Origin: Ktedonobacterales bacterium
Lineage (GTDB): Bacteria > Chloroflexota > Ktedonobacteria > Ktedonobacterales > JADMIN01
Length of the DNA: 32,000 nt
Assembly: GCA_030167145.1 (NCBI GenBank)
Contig: CP126532.1
Coordinates: 3,390,001-3,422,000, forward strand
Direction of reading: 5' to 3'
Shown here: in pieces, positions 8,905-17,108 of the stretch
Position numbering within the stretch: position 1 is the stretch's first letter
Layout of the letters: every line of letters begins with the position of its first letter
Translations under genes and position numbers: made by a program
The notes under the pieces: generated by a model
Seen by the model: the letters and a program-made list of their open reading frames with translations, nothing else
The model's database searches: none
What the model was told of the DNA's origin: nothing

Positions 8905-10011
8905 CTACGATGGCTGGTAGCCGGGAAACCCGCTTGTGCGGGGTGGGATGGTGACTGGGAACATGTCGGAGTGGGATTCGTGCGGAATGAGTTCGATGAC
9001 GATGAAATGGTCGTCTAGGTATTTCAGCAGGGATTCCAGGGTAGTTGCCCCCAACGCAAGCCCTGCCTCGGCCTCACCAACAATGCTCCACTCGATGGTG
9101 GGGTTATCGCTGCGGAGCCTGACACCTTGGATAGTTAGGTGAGAGTGCGCGCCGTTGGACTTTCTGACGACGGCAAAGGCTGAACGCTGGAGGTCGTCGC
9201 GGTGTAAGCAATGTTGCCGTATGGCATCGGGTGTCGGGGGTGTGAACTTCAGCAGTTTTAGAAGCGCATCCAGAAGGAGTCGCTGATCGTTCCCACGTGT
9301 CATGCTGAGGAACAGGGGGCGCTCGGATACAAGATCGGCGTGCAGCGATGGCCCTTTCTGTAGGGCAAGGCGGAGATAATGCAACGCGCTCTCTGGCTCC
9401 TTCTGGAGCGCGCGAATCTGAGCCATGTAATACTCAGGCTGGCCGGGGTCCTGTGAGTCGCTCGCTTCCAATGCACGCTGCGCCCAATATCCAGCTCGCG
9501 CAAGTGATTTTTCACGTGTCGGGGGCCAACTTACAGCAACATTGATGTGCGCAGCTGCCATCAGTACAGCAGCATTAGGTAAATCGGGGACTTCTTCAAG
9601 GATGCGCTCGATTTCCGGTTCTTTGACATCGAGCGGCGCGGGCCAAAGCAACGTGAACTCTCCCATTGCGCGGATGCGCTTGTGCAGGTCTTTGGTGAGG
9701 TCAGTTTTGATGACATCGAGCTTCTGCGCCACCACCTGCTCCACGCGCTGATCGAGCCGGAACCACTGGAAGGCGACGACGATAGCGCCGAGGATGGCAA
9801 GCATGGCGGCCATGATGCCCGCAATGGTGGCCGCGAAACCGGCAACAGACCACGGATCGCCGCGAAGGGGAAGTACGAGTACGAGCATGAGGGTGACAAT
9901 CAACAGGACGATGACGACGGCGATTGCGACGACGAAGGTAATCGCAAGGGACCGTGACGACTTTTGACCGAGCATCGTGCTACTCTCGACTTTCACTCTC
10001 CGGTGTTTCAC
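8905..10011 (-). CDS. Hypothetical 2-TM membrane protein with helical (TPR-like?) and C-terminal soluble domains, embedded between hsdS and hsdR
   Basis: Two strong hydrophobic helices: LAITFVVAIAVVIVLLIVTLMLVLVL and VAGFAATIAGIMAAMLAILGAIVVAF. The soluble region has repeat-like helices (YWAQRALEASD..., YYMAQIRALQKEPESALHYLRLALQKG). Co-directional and tightly packed with its neighbours. Alternative start at ATG 9975, 4 nt after the upstream stop. Confidence 0.7.
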   Translation of the reverse strand: MKHRRVKVESSTMLGQKSSRSLAITFVVAIAVVIVLLIVTLMLVLVLPLRGDPWSVAGFAATIAGIMAAMLAILGAIVVAFQWFRLDQRVEQVVAQKLDVIKTDLTKDLHKRIRAMGEFTLLWPAPLDVKEPEIERILEEVPDLPNAAVLMAAAHINVAVSWPPTREKSLARAGYWAQRALEASDSQDPGQPEYYMAQIRALQKEPESALHYLRLALQKGPSLHADLVSERPLFLSMTRGNDQRLLLDALLKLLKFTPPTPDAIRQHCLHRDDLQRSAFAVVRKSNGAHSHLTIQGVRLRSDNPTIEWSIVGEAEAGLALGATTLESLLKYLDDHFIVIELIPHESHSDMFPVTIPPRTSGFPGYQPS

Positions 10012-11026
10012 CAGTTGGGTCGGGCGCTGCGGCAGATGGGGTTAGCTCTTGCACCAAGTGCTGCCCCATCAGGCTTAGGATTTGGGCAAGGCGGGTTATT
10101 TCGTCAGGTGTGAGGGATATTTTGTGGCCGACGATGGCCTGCGGGTCGTTGGCGCGCTTCACGTAGTCCTCGTCAATCACGCCTGCCTTGTGAGCGAGTA
10201 GATGGCGTTTCTGGAAGCAGCGGCAGGCAAACTGCCAGTCGTCGGGGGGTGTAGAGGCTGCGAGGTCAAGGTTGAAGAACTGCTGCACGCGCTTTTGCGC
10301 GCCTGGGAGGTTCTGGAAGGAGAGATTTTCGACCTTGTCGGGAGATGTTGCCTGGGCGGCATGGATGCGGCAGGTTTCGCGCCCGAAGGCGTCGAACGCG
10401 GATACTTGAGCCTGAAGAGCATTTGCAATGAGTTGTGCGGCGAGATTGGGATCAAAATCGGAGTCAACCTGTGCAGCGGACGCTGCTATTTTCTCGGCTA
10501 CTTCGAGGTTCTTCTGTAGGATTTGGAATGAGTTGTGGATACCGCAGTCGGGACAATACGCGAAGACGCCGTAGATGGCATAGCGCAGGGTGCAGTTCGC
10601 GCAGATGACATGAGTTTCAAGCTGCTCCTCCAGGTAGTGGAGGATGGGCGGTGGTGTGGTTTCAATCTTCAGACTCAAGCCGATTCCGAACGGGCCAGTA
10701 GGTGGCATGTCGAATTCATACGGTTTCAGTTGGTCTGCGAGATAGTTTGTAACCTCGCCCTCAAAAATGGACAGGACATACGCGCGTTGGTCGGGTGTTA
10801 AAAATCTGTCCGCTTCCGCGGCATGGCCGCAATAGGGACAGTAGCTCTGCGCGACAGCTGGGAGGCCGGTACCAAAGGTGACCTTAAAATAGCGCTGGCA
10901 TGCAGGATCAGGGCATTGGCGACCAGTGTAGCCGTTTTCGTCGGTCGGTAGTGTGATCCGCATTTGGAAACGGGTAGCATCTTCATCTTCGTCGGTGACG
11001 GTTTCGGCTCTATCGTCATCGTTCAT
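9980..11026 (-). CDS. Double zinc-ribbon protein with a C-terminal HEPN-like helical domain (R-x4-H), embedded between hsdS and hsdR
   Basis: Two CxxC...CxxC ribbons: CPDPAC...CPYCGH and CANC...CPDCG. The C-terminal helical region contains CFQKRHLLAHKAGVIDEDYV, i.e. RHLLAH, which fits the HEPN R-x4-H motif with a polar residue after R. The ORF starts 3 nt after the hsdS stop. GC is about 50% by hand count, versus about 70% in hsdR. Confidence 0.7.
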   Translation of the reverse strand: MNDDDRAETVTDEDEDATRFQMRITLPTDENGYTGRQCPDPACQRYFKVTFGTGLPAVAQSYCPYCGHAAEADRFLTPDQRAYVLSIFEGEVTNYLADQLKPYEFDMPPTGPFGIGLSLKIETTPPPILHYLEEQLETHVICANCTLRYAIYGVFAYCPDCGIHNSFQILQKNLEVAEKIAASAAQVDSDFDPNLAAQLIANALQAQVSAFDAFGRETCRIHAAQATSPDKVENLSFQNLPGAQKRVQQFFNLDLAASTPPDDWQFACRCFQKRHLLAHKAGVIDEDYVKRANDPQAIVGHKISLTPDEITRLAQILSLMGQHLVQELTPSAAAPDPTGETPESESRE

Positions 11027-11029
11027 GGG

Positions 11030-12379
11030 TTAGTCTCCTATCTCGATTGCGATGTGCTCCACGTCTAGCTCGCCGGAGATGAGCTTGGGCAAGAGGAGGT
11101 CGCGGGTGCGGCGGAGGGTGTCGCAAGTATCAGCTAGATTGGACGATGTCAGATCCGAAAAAGTGCTCATCGCCAATGCCCGCAACGACTTGTCATTGGG
11201 AAGTGCTAGGTATTCGGACTGGACAAACCTGGTTGCTTGAAAGTTGCCGATGCCGTTTGTAGCGACATTTTGATAGAACGCCATTCGACCTTCATCATGT
11301 AGGTACTTCAAGTGTAAATGCATGAGCGGCCCCATTTGTGGTTCCTTGGGGCGAAACAATTTGCAGAAACTCGCGCAAATTACGTCGCCTCCTAGCCTGC
11401 GAAGAATGCCAGAGGTGATAAGAAGGCTCTTCCCGATAGTTCGGCTATTGGCATTGACTGAGTTTTCCACGATCAGGTCGCCGGGCCTGAGTGTACGCGC
11501 TTTGAGGCTGCGTTCACTAATGAAGCGAACGGGTGCTCGTGAGTGATTTCCAAGACGAATATCATCGAAGTCTGTACCTCTAATTACCGTTACTGGCCGT
11601 GTATCCTCCGCCGTTGGATCACCACTCCCCCAGTCACCTCCAAGCGTCAAGTCTAGCAGGTCGGCGTAGGTGGCCATCTGCCAGCCGGAGGGGATGGGGC
11701 CGAATGGGCTGTCAGTCATCTCATACGCTGCGTGGCCGGGAAAGCGGAAATGGACGAACCATTCGCGGTAGAGGGTGCGGGCGAGGTCTTCGAGGAGGGC
11801 GATACGGCGGGTGTTGTTTTCGATGAGGTCGTCGTATGCAGAGAGGATGGCGGCGATTTTGCGCTGGATGGGGAGGGGCGGGAATCGCACCTGTGCGCTC
11901 TTAAGAGTAGTAAGTGGACTTGAAATTGCTGGAACACCAGAGCCTCCAGCATGGCTCAGAAGCTCGTGCTGACCGAATTCGGATCGGAAATAGTAGTACA
12001 GAAACGCGGGCAAGACCTTTGATTCATCGCAGGTGAGTTTCATTTGGCTTTGGGATACTACGTAGCGACTGAATTGTCCTCTAGGAATCAGCCCCACCTG
12101 GCCCAGAGTACCTCGGTGTGTAAACACTAGATCATCTGGGTAGGCATTGCTCGCCCTCAGTTCGTCTGCCTTCTCTTCTGAGATATAGACCAAGTCGTCG
12201 TGGCTAAATCTGTCGCCAGCGATGTTTGTACCGCGAATTACGGGTACTCCGAACGGAATGAAGTTGTCCTTTGTTATCCGTGAGCCGAACGGCCCCATAG
12301 CGAGGGCGTGTTTCACATTTGCGGCAATTTCGGCGACTTCTACGGATTTCCATATGGCCGTCGTGGCAGTCGTAGCCAT
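11030..12379 (-). CDS. hsdS: Type I restriction-modification specificity subunit
   Basis: Two target-recognition halves are separated by the conserved central helix LPPLPIQRKIAAILSAYDDLIENNTRRIALLEDLARTLYREWFVHFRFPGH. The terminal helix is LRRTRDLLLPKLISGELDV. Start set at ATG 12379, which overlaps the upstream stop (TGATG) and follows GGAGGTG. Confidence 0.9.
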   Translation of the reverse strand: MATTATTAIWKSVEVAEIAANVKHALAMGPFGSRITKDNFIPFGVPVIRGTNIAGDRFSHDDLVYISEEKADELRASNAYPDDLVFTHRGTLGQVGLIPRGQFSRYVVSQSQMKLTCDESKVLPAFLYYYFRSEFGQHELLSHAGGSGVPAISSPLTTLKSAQVRFPPLPIQRKIAAILSAYDDLIENNTRRIALLEDLARTLYREWFVHFRFPGHAAYEMTDSPFGPIPSGWQMATYADLLDLTLGGDWGSGDPTAEDTRPVTVIRGTDFDDIRLGNHSRAPVRFISERSLKARTLRPGDLIVENSVNANSRTIGKSLLITSGILRRLGGDVICASFCKLFRPKEPQMGPLMHLHLKYLHDEGRMAFYQNVATNGIGNFQATRFVQSEYLALPNDKSLRALAMSTFSDLTSSNLADTCDTLRRTRDLLLPKLISGELDVEHIAIEIGD

Positions 12380-12960
12380 CACTTCACCTCCGACGGGGTC
12401 GCAAGCTCGCGGCGGCACAGGTCTGCAAGATAGAAAATGGCTTTCATTACCTCGGTTACGGTGGTAATGAGATAGAACTCCATCAAAGAAAACAGAACTG
12501 GGTCAGCATGCCACACCTGATAGATTCGCGCTTTGGCCTCATCGGAATGTATGATCTCGCCGTAAAAGAAGACATCGGCTACTTCGCGGTGTGTGTATGC
12601 TTTCCCGTCCACGATAACGGGGATTGGTTCATCGAAGAGAAAATCCACTGTCTGGTTTACATCTCGAAATTCACTTTTCCAAGTCTCGGAGATGTCAGGG
12701 CTGATAAGGAGCGCGGACATGGCGCTGAAGGATACTAGCTCCTTCTTTAGGAAGAACTGCCGAAACGTCGCTCCGGCCGCTATGATCGCCTCGGGGTCTG
12801 GTCCCGTGTGGTGGGCGTAGACTCCTTCATCCATACTCATGCGCACGGAATACTCAACTCCGCCCTGCTCTACTATGCGCTTGGCGAAACTTAGATTCCG
12901 TAGCTTGTCGGCTTTCTCGACAAATTGCTCTAGCCGCTTTCTGGTGCGATCATCCATCAT
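12379..12960 (-). CDS. Hypothetical protein (~193 aa), translationally coupled to hsdS
   Basis: ORF with normal composition and GC of about 47% (one 60-nt hand count). GGAGGTGGA lies immediately before tandem ATGs at 12960 and 12957. Its stop overlaps the hsdS start. No recognisable family. Confidence 0.65.
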   Translation of the reverse strand: MMDDRTRKRLEQFVEKADKLRNLSFAKRIVEQGGVEYSVRMSMDEGVYAHHTGPDPEAIIAAGATFRQFFLKKELVSFSAMSALLISPDISETWKSEFRDVNQTVDFLFDEPIPVIVDGKAYTHREVADVFFYGEIIHSDEAKARIYQVWHADPVLFSLMEFYLITTVTEVMKAIFYLADLCRRELATPSEVK

Positions 12961-13013
12961 TCCACCTCCGGTAGCACGGTACTGGCGAATTCTGTGGTTC
13001 ACGGGTTATGTGC

Positions 13014-13373
13014 TCAACTCATTTGCTTGAGGTCAATACATAGGGCGATGCCGTCGGCGAGGGCGTCTACGTCTGCTTGTGAGAGCGCGCCGACTTTGGC
13101 CACCAACCGCTCGATAGCGACGCAGCGAACTTGCAGCACGTTGCCACACGAGTCATGGGTGAGACCATTGGACAGGTCGGGCTGGAGCGGGACCATAAAG
13201 GACCACGCGGCAAACTTGGGTTGCCACGTGGTGATCGGGACAATGATCCGTAACCGTTGACTATCAAAGGCGGGCGAGCTGATAACGGCGGCAGGGCGGC
13301 GCTTTCGCATTTCCGCGCCGCGTGTTGGGTCCAGGTCCACGGTCCAGATTTCGCCGCGTGTTGGACTACTCAT
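13014..13373 (-). CDS. mazF: MazF/PemK-family type II toxin (endoribonuclease)
   Basis: The N-terminus RGEIWTVDLDPTRGAEMRKRRPAAVISS is the classic PemK/MazF signature. Size (119 aa) is typical. The ATG overlaps the upstream gene by 8 nt. Confidence 0.9.
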   Translation of the reverse strand: MSSPTRGEIWTVDLDPTRGAEMRKRRPAAVISSPAFDSQRLRIIVPITTWQPKFAAWSFMVPLQPDLSNGLTHDSCGNVLQVRCVAIERLVAKVGALSQADVDALADGIALCIDLKQMS

Positions 13374-14577
13374 CCGTGTATTCCCACTCCTCCCAATCGT
13401 CGCTATCCAGCGCGTTAAATTCGGTCAGTTCAGGATTGGTGCGGTACTCTTCGGCGGCTGCTTCGGCTGCTTCGGCGAGGATGCGATGGCGTTCCTCACG
13501 GGGCATGCGCAGCAGGTCGCGGGCGGTGTAGGTGCGCCCGGCGGGCTGGGCGGCGGGTTGGGGTGTGAGGCAGCCGGGGCAGAGTTGGAGGGCGCGTTCC
13601 TCGGTGATGATGCCTTCGGCGAAGGCGCGGAGGGTCATCTGTTTGAGGCGGGTTGGCTCTTCGGGCGCTTCGCATGCCACCGGTTCGCGAACGGTGGCCT
13701 CGCGTGCAACGAATTCGGCGCGCAAGCGGTCGTACTGCCCGCGGTCAATGACATCTAGCTCCAGTGCGCGGTGAGTCCAGGCTTGCATGCTGAGGCCGTA
13801 TTTGCATTTGAGCATGCCCAACTCGTCGAAGCTGAGGTGGCGGCGGCGGTCGCCTAGCTCGCGGCGCGCGACCTCAGCGGGGACAAGGAATGCGCCGGCA
13901 AACCGGTTCGCCAGCGCTTCATCGTCGCCATTTTCGGGTTCAGTGGACGGCGACAGGATGTGTTTCAATTCGTGAGCGAGGCTAAATCGGCGGCGATCTG
14001 GGGCGGTGCTCGTGTTGACGACGATGAACGGCGCGCGCTGATTGATCCACGCGGCGAGACCGTCAAAGCGGCCCTCGTCTTGGTCCCAGCCGACAATGAC
14101 GCCGCCGTGATCTTCGATGGTCTGGGTCACACTTTCGATGGGAGCGGTGCCGAGACCCCACGCGCGGCGAAGATCCAGCGCCGCTGCTTCGGCCTCGTCG
14201 AATGTGCTGATGTTCAGGGCGGGTACTCGTGGCTGGTCGTTGGAGTACAGAATGGATTGGAGCCAGCACTGACCTTCGGCGACATTGAGCGCGGCCGCCT
14301 TGATCTGCTCCTGACGCGCGGGCGCAAGCTGCGCATGCTTGCGGAAGGCCAGCCACTGAACGGTCAACTCTGGCTCCGCGAGGAAATAGGACGAGGGAAC
14401 GGTCAGCACGCGCGCCAGCTTCAACAGGAGCGATGCGCTGGGAGTGCTGCCGTTATGTTCGTACTTGGAAAGTCCCTGCTTGGTGATGGCCTGGCCTAAC
14501 TCGCCCAGGCGTTGCGCGACCTCGTCGAGGGTTAGCCCTGCCGCCAGGCGGGCCTGACGCATGCGGTTACCGATCAT
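13366..14577 (-). CDS. XRE-family HTH + ImmA/IrrE (M78, COG2856) zinc-metallopeptidase fusion with an acidic Trp-rich C-terminal tail; putative MazF antitoxin/regulator
   Basis: HTH: IGNRMRQARLAAGLTLDEVAQRLGELGQAITKQGLSKYEHNGSTPSASLLLKLARVLTV. HExxH: SLAHELKHIL, followed by ANRFAGAFLVPAE. The tail TNPELTEFNALDSDDWEEWEYTDE resembles the MazE C-terminus ([21 protein letters not shown]). Start at ATG 14577, with GGAGGA 7 nt upstream. Confidence 0.85.
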   Translation of the reverse strand: MIGNRMRQARLAAGLTLDEVAQRLGELGQAITKQGLSKYEHNGSTPSASLLLKLARVLTVPSSYFLAEPELTVQWLAFRKHAQLAPARQEQIKAAALNVAEGQCWLQSILYSNDQPRVPALNISTFDEAEAAALDLRRAWGLGTAPIESVTQTIEDHGGVIVGWDQDEGRFDGLAAWINQRAPFIVVNTSTAPDRRRFSLAHELKHILSPSTEPENGDDEALANRFAGAFLVPAEVARRELGDRRRHLSFDELGMLKCKYGLSMQAWTHRALELDVIDRGQYDRLRAEFVAREATVREPVACEAPEEPTRLKQMTLRAFAEGIITEERALQLCPGCLTPQPAAQPAGRTYTARDLLRMPREERHRILAEAAEAAAEEYRTNPELTEFNALDSDDWEEWEYTDE

Positions 14578-14624
14578 GGCTGTTTCCTCCCCCGCTGTTG
14601 ACGAAAATAGCGATATAGTATGTG

Positions 14625-14640
14625 TTGTCCATGTGGACAA
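14625..14640. promoter_or_regulatory. Perfect palindrome TTGTCCA-tg-TGGACAA upstream of the XRE-ImmA/mazF pair; candidate operator
   Basis: 7-bp inverted repeat with a 2-nt spacer, 48 nt upstream of the XRE-ImmA start, in the 104-nt hsdM-XRE gap. On the minus strand a TTGACA hexamer (complement of 14661-14666) and TA-rich -10-like hexamers (tactatat) flank it. Confidence 0.5.
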
Positions 14641-14681
14641 GTTACCATGTTTTCCACAAGTTGTCAACATCAAGGGCGCAT

Positions 14682-16244
14682 TCATTCTGCTTCCAGGAGG
14701 GCGGCGACGTTGGCGGAGATGCGGTCTTCGAGGGTGTGGGCCTCGGCGTTGAGACGTTCGAGTTCTTCGTGTAGCTCTTCGAGGCGCTCGCGGAAGTCGA
14801 AGTCATCGGGGGCGCGCTCGGCGACGCCGACATAGCGGCCGGGGTTGAGGCTCCAGCCCTGGGCGGCGATCTGGGCGCGGGTGGCGACACGGCAGAGGCC
14901 GGGGACATCGCGGTAGACGCCATCGGGGAACTGCGCGGCGAGGAGGGCGGCGCTGTCGTGGGCGTTCTCGACGGGTTCGCCGCGATAGAGGCGGACAATG
15001 TTGGCGAGGTATTCGATCTGCTGGGGGGTGAACTCGCGGTGGGCGCGGTCGAGCTGGTGGAAGATGTGGCGGGCGTCGAGGAAGAGGACGGTATCGCCGC
15101 GCGGGGTGGAGCGTTTGGCTTTATCGAAGAACCAGAGGGTGCAGGGGAGGGTGACGGTGTAGAAGAAGTTGGGGCCGACGGAGACCATGACATCTACGAC
15201 GCCATCTTCGATGAGCTTCTGGCGGATGACCTGCTCGGAGGCGCGGGCATCGCTGGCGGAGTTGGCCATGACGAACCCGGCGCGGCCCTGGGGATTGAGG
15301 GCGCTATAGAATTCCTGAATCCACAGGTAGTTGGCGTTATCCACGCGGGGCATTCCGAAGGGGTAGCGGGCGTGGTCGCCCTTGATCTTCTCTTTGTCCA
15401 CGCCGTCGGCGTTGAAGGGGGGATTGGCCATGACGAACTCGAAGCGACCGACGCAGTTGTGGACGTTCTGGTAGTAGGTGTTGGCCTCTTTGATGTCGCC
15501 GGAGAGGCCATGCACGGCCAGGTTCATTTTGCAGAGGCGGATGGTCTCGCGGGTCTTTTCTTGGCCGTAGAGCGAGATGGTGTTGGTGGGGTTCTGCTGG
15601 TGATTGCGGACGAAGCGGGCGCTCTGGACGAACATACCGCCGGAGCCACAGGCGGGGTCCAGAATGCGGCCATGGAACGGCTCGATGACCTCGACGATGA
15701 GCTTGACGATGGGGGTGGGGGTGAAGAACTCGCCGCCGCGCTGGCCTTCGAGCTTGGCGAACTCGCTGAGGAAGTATTCGTAGATTTTGCCGAAGACATC
15801 GCCTTCCAGGTCCATGGGAATCGCGGAGAAGATTTTGAGCAGCGCCCAGAGCGTGTCTTTTTCGAGGCGGTTGTAGGATTTGGGGAGGGTGTCTTTGAGG
15901 TCGGGGTTCTCGGCCTCGATGGCGTGCATGGCAGCGGTAACGGCTTTGGCGATGTCGTCGCCTTCGGGCAGGCGCAGGAGGGTGGAGTAGCGGGCGGCTT
16001 CGGGAACGTACATGACGCCGCGCGCCTGGTAGTCGGCTTTATCTATGGTGCGGCGGCTATTGGGTGGGAGGGAGGCGGCGAGTTCGGCCTGGGCGTGGGT
16101 GAACTTGTGGTCGGCGAAGCGCAGGAAGATGAGGCCGAGGACGGGGACGGAGTATTCGGAGGCGCGGAGGCCGGAGTTGGTGCGGAGTTGGTCGGCGGAG
16201 TCCCAGAGTTTGGATTCGAGGGCGGCGTGGTTGTTGGCGGGCAT
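14682..16244 (-). CDS. hsdM: Type I restriction-modification DNA methyltransferase subunit (N6-adenine)
   Basis: HsdM_N-type N-terminus [36 protein letters not shown]. AdoMet motif [12 protein letters not shown]. Catalytic NPPF in [10 protein letters not shown]. Confidence 0.95.
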   Translation of the reverse strand: MPANNHAALESKLWDSADQLRTNSGLRASEYSVPVLGLIFLRFADHKFTHAQAELAASLPPNSRRTIDKADYQARGVMYVPEAARYSTLLRLPEGDDIAKAVTAAMHAIEAENPDLKDTLPKSYNRLEKDTLWALLKIFSAIPMDLEGDVFGKIYEYFLSEFAKLEGQRGGEFFTPTPIVKLIVEVIEPFHGRILDPACGSGGMFVQSARFVRNHQQNPTNTISLYGQEKTRETIRLCKMNLAVHGLSGDIKEANTYYQNVHNCVGRFEFVMANPPFNADGVDKEKIKGDHARYPFGMPRVDNANYLWIQEFYSALNPQGRAGFVMANSASDARASEQVIRQKLIEDGVVDVMVSVGPNFFYTVTLPCTLWFFDKAKRSTPRGDTVLFLDARHIFHQLDRAHREFTPQQIEYLANIVRLYRGEPVENAHDSAALLAAQFPDGVYRDVPGLCRVATRAQIAAQGWSLNPGRYVGVAERAPDDFDFRERLEELHEELERLNAEAHTLEDRISANVAALLEAE

Positions 16245-16610
16245 CGGGCGATGGTCCTTTCACGCGAATGGGACATGCCTGGGGCGAGACCAGCGCATGC
16301 GCCAAGGCGGGCCGGGTGAATGGCCACTGTGGAGCGTGTGCGCTCGTATGCGAGAGATAGCTGCAATATTTTGAACGCACACAAGGCTCGCGGTGTGACA
16401 TCAGTATAGCAGAGATGGATGGAGTGGGGGTGCGCGAGGGGCGAAGGTGTGGCGATGCAAGTGCAATGCGAAGACACAGTAAGAGAGTCAGGGAGAGGGA
16501 GAAGAACTCTCTAAAGCGTGTGTCACGAAATGGTCTCAATGCTCGATGCTTTCTCGGCGTCTTCTTAAATGACGAGGTACTGTAGACCACTTCGTCGGAA
16601 GGTGAGCCGT

Positions 16611-17045
16611 ATGAACCGTCGCTCGAATTGGCAGCGGATTGGGCAAGTGGTGATGGGGTGGCTTTCGCCTCCGTGGAAGCCAACGGCGGCCGCGCTGACA
16701 CTGTTCGTAGTCTGGTATCTCCGTCCCGTACTTGAAGCCGAAGCCAACGAATTGCGCAACGCACTGCTCAATCCACTGTCAGAGTCTGACGGTTGGTTAA
16801 AGTCGTTTGCCATCGTGGCACATCGGACAATTATTGTAGAGCTATTCGTATTATGCGAGGCATTGATTATCGGGGCGATAGTGGTTGCCCTGACCAACTT
16901 CGCGTTCTTCTTGTGGAATCGGATTCGCAAGGGGATGCGGTCAGAACGGGTCGCGCCTCGGCGCGAACGTGGCCCGCGTAACGGTAGCGAACCTATTCCT
17001 GTGTCAAAGATGGTGGGCCGCAGGTTGGATAACGATGTCGCATAG
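16611..17045 (+). CDS. Hypothetical small membrane protein
   Basis: ATG 16611 is preceded by GGAAGGTGA. There are two or three hydrophobic segments (AAALTLFVVWYL, IIVELFVLCEALIIGAIVVALTNFAFFLW). No family recognised. A perfect 14-bp hairpin follows the stop. Confidence 0.5.
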   Translation: MNRRSNWQRIGQVVMGWLSPPWKPTAAALTLFVVWYLRPVLEAEANELRNALLNPLSESDGWLKSFAIVAHRTIIVELFVLCEALIIGAIVVALTNFAFFLWNRIRKGMRSERVAPRRERGPRNGSEPIPVSKMVGRRLDNDVA

Positions 17046-17108
17046 CAAAGGGGTGTAAGAGTTATCTCGGCGGCAGGCGAGAAAGCGGGCTGTTACACAA
17101 TCAGATGG

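Noticed and set aside
5438-8920. Very long plus-strand ORFs (5438-7507, 689 aa; 7550-8920, 456 aa) opposite hsdR
   Set aside because: Their translations are G/V/E/A-rich low-complexity strings typical of the antisense frame of high-GC genes. The minus-strand frame carries unmistakable HsdR helicase motifs.
15665-15675. Third occurrence of ggaacggctcg (11 nt of the conserved hairpin loop) inside hsdM
   Set aside because: There are no flanking inverted repeats and no extended similarity. A match of this length is expected by chance in 32 kb.
14958-16319. 453-aa plus-strand ORF opposite hsdM, and similar antisense or off-frame ORFs at 1616-2884, 21694-22257, 22537-23385, 23611-24450 and 26859-27848
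   Set aside because: Same antisense or off-frame composition artefact (G/V/E-rich or R/H/P-rich). In each case another frame has recognisable motifs or a far more protein-like composition.
16057-16764. 235-aa minus-strand ORF spanning the region upstream of hsdM
   Set aside because: Its R/P/S-rich composition overlaps the hsdM 5' end out of frame. The region looks like a promoter/leader plus the start of a plus-strand small membrane ORF.
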